Notes: generated by a model not told the origin, from the letters alone. A stretch of 64,000 nt of DNA from Armatimonadota bacterium (GCA_037445735.1 JBBIJY010000004.1:32001-96000), one strand, 5' to 3'; numbered from the stretch's first letter, positions 10,337 through 19,484 are shown. A program made the numbers and translations.

Positions 10337-11812
10337 ATGGAACTGATTACGCGCAGCCTGTCGGAGCTGAGCGAGCTGCTGCGTCGGCGCGAAATCTCCG
10401 CGATGGAGCTGACCGACGCCGTGATTCAACAGATTGATCGGCTGGAGCCGACCATTCAGGCTTACATCACGCTTGTGCCCGAACAGGCGCGCGCGATGGC
10501 GCGTCAGGCGCAGGCGCGACTGGATGCAGGCGAATGGAACCCGCTGTTGGGCATCCCTGTTGCGATAAAAGACAACATCAGCACGCGCGGCATCCGCACC
10601 ACCTGCGCCTCGCGCATTCTGCACAACTATGTGCCACCCTATGACGCCACCGTCACGGCGCGGCTGAAGGCGGCAGGCGCCGTGATTCTGGGCAAGACCA
10701 ATATGGACGAGTTCGCGATGGGCAGCTCCACTGAGTACTCGGCGTTCCATCCGACGCGCAACCCGTGGGATTTATCGCGTGTGCCCGGCGGCTCGTCGGG
10801 CGGTTCGGCAGCGGCAGTCGTTGCGCAGATGGCGGTCGCCGCGCTCGGCTCCGACACGGGCGGCTCCATTCGTCAGCCTGCCGCCTACTGCGGCGCAGTC
10901 GGACTGAAACCGACCTATGGGCGCGTCAGTCGCTACGGTCTGATCGCCTACGCCTCCTCACTGGATCAGATTGGTCCCATCACGCGAACCGTCGCCGACT
11001 GCGCCCTGATGATGAATGTGATTGCGGGCAAGGATCCGCTGGACGCCACCAGCGTGGATGTGCCCGTGCCCGATTATCGGGAGGCGTTGCGCCCTGAAGT
11101 GAAGGGCATGCGGTTGGGCGTGCCGTGCGAGTTCTTCGCGCAGGGCGTTCAGTTAGAGGTCGCGCAGGTGGTGCGTGCGGCTATCGATCGGCTCGCCGAT
11201 GAAGGCGCAATAGTGGAGGAGACCTCCATCCCGATGGTGGAATATGGGCTGCCCACCTACTACATTCTCGCGCCAGCTGAATGCTCTTCGAATCTGGCAC
11301 GGTACGATGGCGTGCGCTACGGGCTGCGCGAGGGCGCGGAGCGGGGGCATGTCGGCATGATGGAGCGCACCCGCGCCGCCGGCTTCGGCGACGAGGTTAT
11401 CCAGCGCATTATCATCGGCACTTACGCGCTCTCCGCCGGCTACTACGATGCCTACTATCTCAAGGCGCAGAAGGCGCGCACCCTGCTGCGCCAGGAGTTT
11501 GACCGCGCGATGGCACAATTTGATGCGCTGCTGTGCCCCACCGCGCCGACGCCCGCCTTCAAAATCGGCGAGCTGGTGAGCGACCCACTCGCCATGAAAC
11601 TGATGGATGTGCTGACCATCCCCATCAATCTCACGGGCGTGCCCGCGCTCTCGGTGCCATGCGGCTTCGTGGACGGTCTGCCCGTCGGACTGCAGATTAT
11701 CGGTAAGCCGTTCGATGAAATGACCGTGCTGCGCATCGGCTACGCCTGGGAGCAGATGGCGAACCTGCAGGAGCCGTTGCGTACTCCGCGCGGCTTGCAG
11801 ACCATCGCCTGA
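10337..11812 (+). CDS. gatA: Asp/Glu-tRNA amidotransferase subunit A
   Basis: Amidase signature GGSSGGS, GSDTGGSIRQPA, SSNLARYDG, GTYALSAGYYDAYY. Confidence 0.96.
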   Translation: MELITRSLSELSELLRRREISAMELTDAVIQQIDRLEPTIQAYITLVPEQARAMARQAQARLDAGEWNPLLGIPVAIKDNISTRGIRTTCASRILHNYVPPYDATVTARLKAAGAVILGKTNMDEFAMGSSTEYSAFHPTRNPWDLSRVPGGSSGGSAAAVVAQMAVAALGSDTGGSIRQPAAYCGAVGLKPTYGRVSRYGLIAYASSLDQIGPITRTVADCALMMNVIAGKDPLDATSVDVPVPDYREALRPEVKGMRLGVPCEFFAQGVQLEVAQVVRAAIDRLADEGAIVEETSIPMVEYGLPTYYILAPAECSSNLARYDGVRYGLREGAERGHVGMMERTRAAGFGDEVIQRIIIGTYALSAGYYDAYYLKAQKARTLLRQEFDRAMAQFDALLCPTAPTPAFKIGELVSDPLAMKLMDVLTIPINLTGVPALSVPCGFVDGLPVGLQIIGKPFDEMTVLRIGYAWEQMANLQEPLRTPRGLQTIA

Positions 11813-11817
11813 ACCGT

Positions 11818-13662
11818 TCAGCAGCCGCCACCGAAATCAAACAGCACCATCAACAGGTCCGCATCGTCCACAGCGCCGTCCCAGTTCAGATCGGTCTGGC
11901 GGTAGCCAGTGCCGCCGAAGTTGAACAGCACCATTAGCAAATCGGCGTCATCCACGCAGCCATCGCGGTTCGCATCGCCCTGCAGGCGTCGCTCCCAGCG
12001 ATAGTCGTTTCCCATCGCCTCACGCCAGTCCTGAATCGTGTTCCATTTGCCCTGGATGTAGTAGCCATCGTACGGCGGCCAGCGATAAAGGCACAGCGCG
12101 CGAATCACCGGATTGCCCACCACGCGGTTCCAATCGTTGATCTCGCGATAGGCGTTTTTGATCCAGCCGTTGTTCACATCGGGCCATGGCTCGCCCATGT
12201 TGCTCTCGGTGATGAACACGGGCAGATGGCGCAGCGACGGCGGGATGCGACTGAGCAGATTGCGATACACACGAAAGTGGAAATAGACCTCCTCATAGGG
12301 CGGATCCATGCGTTGCTCGCTGAAGATGAGATTGGGGTCGGAGCCGTGTGTGTAGGCGTGCAGGATGAAGCCATCCTGCTCGCTGCCCAGCGCCTGAACC
12401 ACCTGCGCCCAGTAGTCCAGAAAGCCAGGGATGCCATATTCGGGGAAGGGCGGGGCATAGGGCGCCACTGGCGCCGCGCACACGATGTCATCTTCGTGCC
12501 CCGGTACCGATTTGATGGCGTTGCGGCACAGGCGAAACGCCTGCACATAGCGCTCGACGGTAATCGGCTCGCCGCTCTGACCGCCTGGCCATTCCGGAGG
12601 GATGTTCGGTTCGTTGCCAATAATCCAGATGTGGGGTGCGCCCTGTGAGGCGCGCACGAAGTTCGCCACACGCTGCGCGAAGTTTGCGTACTCCGCGTGG
12701 GGTGGCAGCGTGCCGAGAGGGTAATAGCCGTAATTAAGGCGCACAATCACGCCGTGCCCCGCGCTCGTCCACGCACGATAGTCGCCCCCACGCTGATCGC
12801 TGGGATCGCTGCCCAGCCCCTCCGTGAACAGGATCCAGATACGCTTGCCAGCCGATTCGGCAACGAACTCGCCGCCTGGCTCATGCATCCCGAATATCCA
12901 GGGCGGATCCACCGGGTCGGTGGGCAGTGGCACAATCTGCACATCGTCAATATAGACCACATAGGGGCGGTTATCGGCGGGATTGACAGGCGTGAACGCC
13001 AGATGTTCCAGCGTGCCTGTGCGCCCATCCAGCGTGCCGTTTGCCGATGCGCCGGCAAAGGGACGCACTGGCTCACTCAGGGGGTCAAACACCACCCGCA
13101 CCCAGCGGTCTTTCTCGGTGATCAGCTTGCCGATAGGTGGATTGTTCATATCGCCCGATGTGGCACCAATCCATTCGATTCCGCCTGTTGTGCCGCCGTT
13201 CGCGCCGTAGGCGGCTCTGGTGCCCGTTTCCCGCACGCCCAGCGTCAGATAGAAATCGGGCGTGCCCGACGGCACATAGAGCCACACCGCTATCGGGCGG
13301 CGGAAGCTGACGGTGGGGTTCGCATAGTGCAGGGTGTTGAAGGTGGTCAATCGCAGCCATGCGCGCGCGTTGCCGTTGAACTGCCACATCACCTTCAACG
13401 ATTGGGTGCCGCCGGGTGTATGGTTCTGCTCGCTGGTGGTCAGGGCGCAGTTCGGTCCTGCACCACATGAGCCTGTGTAAGCCAGAAAACCGCTGGTGGA
13501 CCCCGAAAAGCTCGGCTGGCGGAACATCACCGCCCCATTCAGGTTCGCTGCGAAGCCCTCAAAGTCCGTGATTCGCCCCTGCGCGTGCGCGATGCAGACA
13601 AGCCCTGCGCCCATCAGCATTAGCAACGCCCGTATCCCACGCTGATTGTTTCCCTTTCGCAT
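11818..13662 (-). CDS. Secreted glycoside-hydrolase-like (clan GH-A) protein with C-terminal dockerin/EF-hand-like duplication
   Basis: Signal peptide (AHA); beta-rich N-domain; WIIGNEPN acid/base and VFITE nucleophile motifs; two DxNxDGxVDDADLLMVLFxFG repeats. Confidence 0.7.
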   Translation of the reverse strand: MRKGNNQRGIRALLMLMGAGLVCIAHAQGRITDFEGFAANLNGAVMFRQPSFSGSTSGFLAYTGSCGAGPNCALTTSEQNHTPGGTQSLKVMWQFNGNARAWLRLTTFNTLHYANPTVSFRRPIAVWLYVPSGTPDFYLTLGVRETGTRAAYGANGGTTGGIEWIGATSGDMNNPPIGKLITEKDRWVRVVFDPLSEPVRPFAGASANGTLDGRTGTLEHLAFTPVNPADNRPYVVYIDDVQIVPLPTDPVDPPWIFGMHEPGGEFVAESAGKRIWILFTEGLGSDPSDQRGGDYRAWTSAGHGVIVRLNYGYYPLGTLPPHAEYANFAQRVANFVRASQGAPHIWIIGNEPNIPPEWPGGQSGEPITVERYVQAFRLCRNAIKSVPGHEDDIVCAAPVAPYAPPFPEYGIPGFLDYWAQVVQALGSEQDGFILHAYTHGSDPNLIFSEQRMDPPYEEVYFHFRVYRNLLSRIPPSLRHLPVFITESNMGEPWPDVNNGWIKNAYREINDWNRVVGNPVIRALCLYRWPPYDGYYIQGKWNTIQDWREAMGNDYRWERRLQGDANRDGCVDDADLLMVLFNFGGTGYRQTDLNWDGAVDDADLLMVLFDFGGGC

Positions 13663-13827
13663 CTTATGCGCTCCCTGTGGTTAATCCATACGCATTGTCA
13701 CCAGCGTTCTCCTGCCAGCCATCAAAGGGGGAAAGAATGTCGGGGCTTTCCCATCACGGGGTATCGCTTTCGAATCTGCTCACGCAGGCAAATGGCGATT
13801 GGTAGATAGCTTTGGGCGGTTCCGTCA

Positions 13828-14697
13828 TCAGCGCTGGCGGAACTCGATAACTCCTCGCGAGATCTCGCCTTTGAGTATCCATTCGACGCTGTTTTGTTCG
13901 GCGAGCCGTTTGGTGGTTGCTGTTGCCCACACTTCGCCAATCACAACTGGAATGGCGTCTACACCCGCACGGCGCAGAGTGTCGGCACGCTGGCGTGCGC
14001 GCAACACATCACGGCGATTGACCTTGAGGGCGACCTCCACCACGGCGACCCGATCCTGCTTCCACCAGATGAGGTCTGCCAGCGTGGGGTCGCTTTCCTC
14101 ATCGGGATAGCCATCCTCTTCGGGTGGCAGGCGCTGGAGCCACTCCCGCAATCGTTGCTTTACATGCGGATCGTCCGTCTGTCCGCCGTCACCACCGTTC
14201 AGCAGGCGCACGGCGCGTTTGGCAATCTGTCTTTCGAATCGTTCGCCCGCGCGGCGTCCCTCCTCGCCCTCGCGCCACTTCCGCATCTCTTCAAAGTCGC
14301 GCTCCAGCCGCTCCTGCGACGCCATGACTCGGTTCAGCAGCTCATCGTGGCGCTGGAGCAATTCATCGTGGCGCTGGAGCAGTTCCGCAAATCGCCGCTG
14401 CTCGGCTATCATCTGCTGGAGCAGCTCATCGTGGTGTTGCAATCGTTCATCGTGGCGCTGGAGCAGTTCCGCAAATCGCCGCTGCTCGGCTGCCAGCTCG
14501 TGAACCAGCGCGGGCAGCTGGAGCAGTTCATCCTGCAGGATGAGGCGACGCGCCGCGTCACGCAGCTCCGCCCGCTGCTCCAGCAGGCGAATCAGCGTTC
14601 GCTCATTGACCAGTCGCTCCTGCAACGCCTCTGCCCACTCTGGATGCTCATCCAGCAGGCGAATAAGGCTTTCCAGATCAGCAACGGAAAGTGGCAT
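13828..14697 (-). CDS. Coiled-coil heptad-repeat protein with C-terminal PD-(D/E)XK-like domain
   Basis: LLQRHDE repeats; E..E, AD(LIW), VVEVALK, DVLRA..RA..L motifs. Confidence 0.65.
   Translation of the reverse strand: MPLSVADLESLIRLLDEHPEWAEALQERLVNERTLIRLLEQRAELRDAARRLILQDELLQLPALVHELAAEQRRFAELLQRHDERLQHHDELLQQMIAEQRRFAELLQRHDELLQRHDELLNRVMASQERLERDFEEMRKWREGEEGRRAGERFERQIAKRAVRLLNGGDGGQTDDPHVKQRLREWLQRLPPEEDGYPDEESDPTLADLIWWKQDRVAVVEVALKVNRRDVLRARQRADTLRRAGVDAIPVVIGEVWATATTKRLAEQNSVEWILKGEISRGVIEFRQR
14341..14491. repeat. Intragenic 21-bp-based tandem repeats
   Basis: Exact 46-bp direct repeat at 14362-14407 and 14446-14491 (offset 84 nt); further TCATCGTGG.G.TG units. Confidence 0.85.
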
Positions 14698-14733
14698 GCC
14701 TTGCCCAAATTATACCATGGGATGGTGTGATAG

Positions 14734-14758
14734 TGGGGACGCGACGGTCGCGTCCCCA
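14734..14758. repeat. Perfect inverted repeat downstream of rsr (REP-like or terminator-like hairpin)
   Basis: TGGGGACGCGAC-G-GTCGCGTCCCCA; no U-tract. Confidence 0.6.
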
Positions 14759-14769
14759 TGTGGATGGGT

Positions 14770-16353
14770 TCACAGGTTGCCCTGCACGAACTCGGCGATT
14801 GCGTTTGGCGTGCTGGGGTCGAACCCCACCACATCGAGCATGCCGGCGTCGCTGGGGTCGGCGATAGTGAACGGGTTCGCCAGCATGCCGACCACCACCA
14901 GTCGGGCAGGGATACCTGTTGCCCCGCGATACATGCGCAGCGCTTCGACGGGATGCACTGCACCGTACCAGGTCTCCGAGTCGGTGTAGATGATGAAGGC
15001 GTCCGCCTCCACCCCGCGCTCGAGCGCCCAGAGCATCGGCAGGGCGCAGTCGGTTGCGCCAAACGGCAGGCTGGCAAGGTAACCCATCGCCTGCTCCAGC
15101 GGCATCTCAGGGGTCAGCTCCAGCGGAATCAGCTGGTGCGAGAAACCGACCACCTGGGCGCCCGTCTCCACATTCAGCGTGACGAGCGCGAGGGCTGCAC
15201 TGGCAGCACGCGGGGTCAGCCCAACGATGCCGCCCACATGACCCCAGCCCATCGAGCCAGAGATGTCAAGCGCCAGCACGAGCCGCTTGCCGGTGGGCAC
15301 CACATTTTCGAAGGTGGCGTAGAACGCCCTGTTGAGTGCCTTCACGATGGCGGGCACTGGCTGCCATGCACCACTGCCGCGTCCGCCGTAGCCGCGCTCA
15401 TAGGTCACCAGTGCAGTTAGTACCTGCAGCGGGTGAACCCGTGCCTGGCGCAGGCGCGCGCGGTCGTTGAGCTGCTTCACCACGAAGCGTGCGGCGTCGC
15501 TACCCTTTGTGAGCAGTCCCACGCGCGTCATCGTGGCGAGGTTGCGAATCATCGCCGTCATCGGCATCGCGGGCAGCAGCGCATCCCACACCGCCGCCGA
15601 GGTCAGCAGGTGGGTGGGCACAACCTCGCGCGGCAGCGCGTGATCACGAATCAGTCGCACCGCCTCCTGTAGCGGCAGATCGGGCTGATTCAGCCACTCG
15701 ACCGCCTCCAGGTACGCGCCGACCTCCGCAGGCAGCTCGGCTGCCACCTCGCGCGTGAGGATGTAGCGATAGAGCGCGTTGCGCCCGGCGGTGTCTGCCT
15801 TCGGGTGCGCCAGACGCAACAGGTCGCGGTGCGACCAGCCGTAGCGCTGGCGATACTTGGTGACCTGATAAGCCAGCTCGCGCAGCTCCCGTGTCTGATA
15901 CCAGCGTGCCACTGCGCGGCGCAACGCCCGCCCCCAGCCGCGCAGCTGCGTCAGGTAATCGATGAGGGTGAACAGATGGGTTCCTGTGCGCACGATGCGC
16001 GGCATCGCCTCAAGCGCGAGCGCGCGAACCTCGTCGCGCCCCGACGCTAGGGCGAGCGCCAGCACGAACAGCGCAGGATCGTTCTTGTAGGCGCGACCCT
16101 GCTCGCTGATCTCGGCAGTGCGCGCCAGCACATATGCCGGCTCGCGATAGAGCAGCTCCAGCACCGCCTTCGCGTTATCCAGCGTCAGGCGCTGCTCCGA
16201 CACATAGTAGGTTCCGCCCTCTGTGCCGAGAATAAGGAACCTGTCCAGCTGCTGGCGCGGCTCCAGCGGATAGGCAAAGCCACCCGCATAGTTGCGCACC
16301 TGCCCTGTCAGTGCCACGCGCTGCGTGCGCGAAAGAGACCCTGGGATTCGCAT
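14770..16353 (-). CDS. rsr: Ro60/Rsr TROVE-vWA RNA-binding protein
   Basis: NYAGGFAY, LDRFLILGTEGGTYY, RTGTHLF, KYRQRYGWSHRDLLRLAHPK, vWA MIDAS DISGSM, TDSETW, DVVGFD; SD GGGGGAG before ATG at 16353. Confidence 0.96.
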   Translation of the reverse strand: MRIPGSLSRTQRVALTGQVRNYAGGFAYPLEPRQQLDRFLILGTEGGTYYVSEQRLTLDNAKAVLELLYREPAYVLARTAEISEQGRAYKNDPALFVLALALASGRDEVRALALEAMPRIVRTGTHLFTLIDYLTQLRGWGRALRRAVARWYQTRELRELAYQVTKYRQRYGWSHRDLLRLAHPKADTAGRNALYRYILTREVAAELPAEVGAYLEAVEWLNQPDLPLQEAVRLIRDHALPREVVPTHLLTSAAVWDALLPAMPMTAMIRNLATMTRVGLLTKGSDAARFVVKQLNDRARLRQARVHPLQVLTALVTYERGYGGRGSGAWQPVPAIVKALNRAFYATFENVVPTGKRLVLALDISGSMGWGHVGGIVGLTPRAASAALALVTLNVETGAQVVGFSHQLIPLELTPEMPLEQAMGYLASLPFGATDCALPMLWALERGVEADAFIIYTDSETWYGAVHPVEALRMYRGATGIPARLVVVGMLANPFTIADPSDAGMLDVVGFDPSTPNAIAEFVQGNL

Positions 16354-16387
16354 AGTATCTACTCCCCCTGAGCTCTGGTTTTTAGAG

Positions 16388-16569
16388 CGGGAGGCGGGCG
16401 GGGGGAGGTCGAACCCCCCAACAGCCAGCAGGCTGGGCGACCGATAACCATCTCCGTCCGACCCGGCGGATAAAGAGGCGGCAGACGGGGGCAGCGCGTC
16501 CTCAACGCGATAACCATCTGCCTTCGACCCGCTGGATAAATAGGTGGAGACGGCAAACCCGCACTCCCG
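16388..16569 (-). ncRNA. Y RNA (YrlA-like) with two Ro-binding motifs and a T-arm
   Basis: Immediately 5' of rsr; two copies of GGGUCG(A/G)A..GG(C)AGAUGGUUAUCG; T-arm GGGGGG-UUCGACCU-CCCCCC at 16419-16400; the ends are complementary. Confidence 0.8.
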
Positions 16570-16663
16570 TTTCCCCTGCAACGGCAGAGGAACAGGCATT
16601 TTTAACGGCATCTTGCGCCAGAAAGTTCCCGCCATGCCCGCAGTGGGTATCCTTTACACCGTC

Positions 16664-18703
16664 ATGCCAGAGCCAGTGGAGTGTCATCCCTCGGTAGAAA
16701 GCGTGCTGGAGCAGCTGGAGCGGATTGCGCCGGGCGTGCCGCTGCTGGCGCTGGGTCAAACGGTGTTCTGGGACGAGCCGACCAAGAGCGGACTGCTGCT
16801 GTTGATGGCGGCGTGTGGACGCACGCGCCCCTTCTTCTTTGGCGTGCATGACACTGACTATTTCGGTCGCCTGCACACGAAGCGCCTGCCCAAAGAGAGT
16901 GTGCCCCCACCCGTCCCCGCTTCCCCAAAGCGGGAGGGTGCCGACTGGCTGCTGATGTTGCCGCATAATGATGGCTCCACGCGCGGGCTATGGTCGGCGG
17001 CGGGCGAAATCTCGTGCCTGTTCGGCAGCGAGACGGTTCCGACGCGCGCTCGCTATGCGGAGGCGGGCGCCCAGCTGGAGAAGGTCGCCCGTCGCCATCC
17101 GCTGGGGCGCGAGGCGTTTCTTGACGCGATCACCGAAGCGTGGGGCTGGCGCGGGCTGGTGGCAACCGACAGCGTGGCGCGCCCCGTGTATGAGATGTCT
17201 GTCCGCGAGGTGCTGCCCGCCCTCGACGCACTGCTCCAGTGGGGCTTCGAAAACACCCTCGAATGCCTAGCAGACCCCGACCAGCGCGATCGCGCCCGCC
17301 AGCGTGCTGACGCCATCCGTCAGCGCGTTCACGAGCTGGCGAGCCTCGCCGAATCGCTCTCGCTGGCAGACCTCTATCGCTACCTCTATCGCGATTTTCT
17401 CGTGTGGCTGATCGGCGAGGTGCCGGAGATGGTGGGCTTCACGCGCACGACGGAGCTGCTGCGCTTCGCACCTGACACCGCACACCTGCCGCGATTCCAG
17501 CTGCTGCAACGGTTTCTGGACCCGCGCACGCGCCCTATCTGTGAACGCGCCTACAACGATGCGGTTGCCGGCACCGATATCTATGCCCTGCGCGAGTTCG
17601 GCGAGGGCGCACTGCCGTTCGATCTGCTCATCCCCCGACGCGGGCGCGGCACGCTGATGCTCACCGAGCGATACCTCACCGTGCTGACGCCTGAACCCGC
17701 TGTGGTTCGGCTGGCGGAACCCGTGCAGAGCGTTGACGCGCTGGCGCGCGTGATCGCGGAGGCGTTCGGCGAGGGTGTCACGCTGATTGGCAAAGCGCTC
17801 ACTCTGGTGCCGATGCTGGCGCACGAGTTCATCTGTGTCTTCAACGAGCGTGGCTCGCCCTACTTGAGCCAGAGCGCTCGCATGCTGGATCAGATTCAGC
17901 GCGACGGCGTGGCGATAAACCTTCACCCGCTGTTGCGCCTGCGCTACGCGACATGGGACACGATGGGCGCGGAATGCATCCAGTTGCGTTTGCCAGAGCA
18001 TCTCGCGGCGGCGTTTGGCGAGCGCGAGCTGTGTTCGGAACGGTTCGCGCGGCGCTGGCGGGCGGTGGTGCAGGCGCAGCGCGAGCGGTTGCACGAGCTG
18101 CGCCGATGTCGCAGCCCACGCGAGCTGATGCGCTACCTGGCAGCGCATCTGAGCGAGGAGTGGCGCGACAAAGCCCGCGAGTATGAACAGCTGCACGCGC
18201 GATTACAGCAGGTCGGCGAGCAGGCGGCTTATCTGCGCCAGCAGGCGCACGCCCTGCACGCCGAACGCCGCGCCCTGCAGAGCGAACGCATCCGTCTGGA
18301 ACGCGAGAAAGGCGAGCTGTTCCGACAAGCCCGGCAGAACCCGTCGACGCGAGGCGCCTGCCTTGCCCAGCGCGAAGCGTGCGAGGCTCGCCTGCAAGCC
18401 CTCTCCGCACGATTGCGGGCGATCCGTCAGCAGCTCAGGGCGTTGCTGGCTCAACGGCTCCAGATCGGGCGCACGCCGGAGCTGACCGCCATCCGCGAGC
18501 GCGTGCAAACGCTGGAGTACGAAGCCGAACTGACGCGCGTGGAGCTGGTTCGAACTGCCATTCTGACCGCCGACGGGCTGGTTCACACCAGTGCCCGCCC
18601 CGCCGCATGGTGGTTCCTGCTGCTGTCGGAGCGATGGTTCCGCGCCAATATCCAGCAAACGGAACTCTATTTAGAGTGGCTTACTGGGGAGCGCAGTAAG
18701 TGA
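16664..18703 (+). CDS. Hypothetical protein with C-terminal coiled coil
   Basis: Long ORF with host-like codon usage; GGTATCCT 10 nt before ATG 16664; no family recognised. Confidence 0.75.
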   Translation: MPEPVECHPSVESVLEQLERIAPGVPLLALGQTVFWDEPTKSGLLLLMAACGRTRPFFFGVHDTDYFGRLHTKRLPKESVPPPVPASPKREGADWLLMLPHNDGSTRGLWSAAGEISCLFGSETVPTRARYAEAGAQLEKVARRHPLGREAFLDAITEAWGWRGLVATDSVARPVYEMSVREVLPALDALLQWGFENTLECLADPDQRDRARQRADAIRQRVHELASLAESLSLADLYRYLYRDFLVWLIGEVPEMVGFTRTTELLRFAPDTAHLPRFQLLQRFLDPRTRPICERAYNDAVAGTDIYALREFGEGALPFDLLIPRRGRGTLMLTERYLTVLTPEPAVVRLAEPVQSVDALARVIAEAFGEGVTLIGKALTLVPMLAHEFICVFNERGSPYLSQSARMLDQIQRDGVAINLHPLLRLRYATWDTMGAECIQLRLPEHLAAAFGERELCSERFARRWRAVVQAQRERLHELRRCRSPRELMRYLAAHLSEEWRDKAREYEQLHARLQQVGEQAAYLRQQAHALHAERRALQSERIRLEREKGELFRQARQNPSTRGACLAQREACEARLQALSARLRAIRQQLRALLAQRLQIGRTPELTAIRERVQTLEYEAELTRVELVRTAILTADGLVHTSARPAAWWFLLLSERWFRANIQQTELYLEWLTGERSK

Positions 18704-19484
18704 TTTGCACGAACTCTTCGGCGTCCAAGCTGGCACCGCCGACCAGCACGCCATCAATCTCAGGCTGATGCAGTAGCCCGCGCGCGTTCGACGCCGTCAC
18801 GCTGCCGCCATACAGCACGCGCACATAGTTGCCCAGCTCTGGCTCGTACAGCTCGCGCAGTTGCTGGCGAATGAAGGCGCAGATGCGGTTCGCTTCGGGC
18901 GCATCGCACACCTGCCCGGTGCCGATTGCCCACACCGGCTCGTAGGCAATCACCAGCTCGTACAGCTCGTCCGCCTCCAGCCCCTGCAACGCGCCCCTCA
19001 ATTGCTGCTGAATGACCCTCTCGGTCTGGCTCGCCTGACGCTCCTGCAGGGTCTCGCCGACGCACAAAATCGGCTTCAGCCCGTGCGGCAGCACCGCTTT
19101 GAGCTTGAGGTTCACCGTGGCGTCGTTCTCGCCGAAGTAGCGCAGGTGCGCTTCCGTGAGGCTGGGGTCGGGCTTTCCGAACCGTCCGCGCGTCTCCGAG
19201 TGCCCGATAATCACATATTCGCAGCCGACGGCGACCAGCATCGGGGGCGATACCTGTCCCGTGTAGGCACCCGAATCGCTCCAGAACACCGTCTGCGCGC
19301 CCAGTTTCAATCCGCTGCCCCGAATCGCCTCGGCGACAGCTGGCAGCGCGACAAATGCGGGGCACAGCACCACCTCCACATTCAGGCGCGTGCCGATACG
19401 CTGGCGCAGCGTGTTCGCAAGAGCCGCCCCCTCCGCAGGGGTCAGATTCATCTTCCAGTTGCCTGCAATCAAACAGGTGCGCAT
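18681..19484 (-). CDS. tpiA: Triosephosphate isomerase
   Basis: IAGNWKMN, GHSE, AYEPVWAIGTG, LYGGSV, LVGGASL. Confidence 0.96.
   Translation of the reverse strand: MRTCLIAGNWKMNLTPAEGAALANTLRQRIGTRLNVEVVLCPAFVALPAVAEAIRGSGLKLGAQTVFWSDSGAYTGQVSPPMLVAVGCEYVIIGHSETRGRFGKPDPSLTEAHLRYFGENDATVNLKLKAVLPHGLKPILCVGETLQERQASQTERVIQQQLRGALQGLEADELYELVIAYEPVWAIGTGQVCDAPEANRICAFIRQQLRELYEPELGNYVRVLYGGSVTASNARGLLHQPEIDGVLVGGASLDAEEFVQITYCAPQ

Noticed and set aside
14341-14491. CRISPR array
   Set aside because: The repeats are in-frame coding heptads without unique spacers, and there are no cas genes.
16388-16455. Canonical tRNA gene
   Set aside because: A T-arm is present, but there is no proper D-arm, 7-nt anticodon loop or CCA; the context fits a Y RNA.
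16354-16635. 94-aa N-terminal extension of the rsr ORF in the track
   Set aside because: It spans the structured RNA; TROVE similarity and an SD point to the ATG at 16353.
16600-16670. Sigma54 promoter for the Y RNA-rsr unit
   Set aside because: TGGC words occur on the minus strand, but none has GC at the required -12 spacing.
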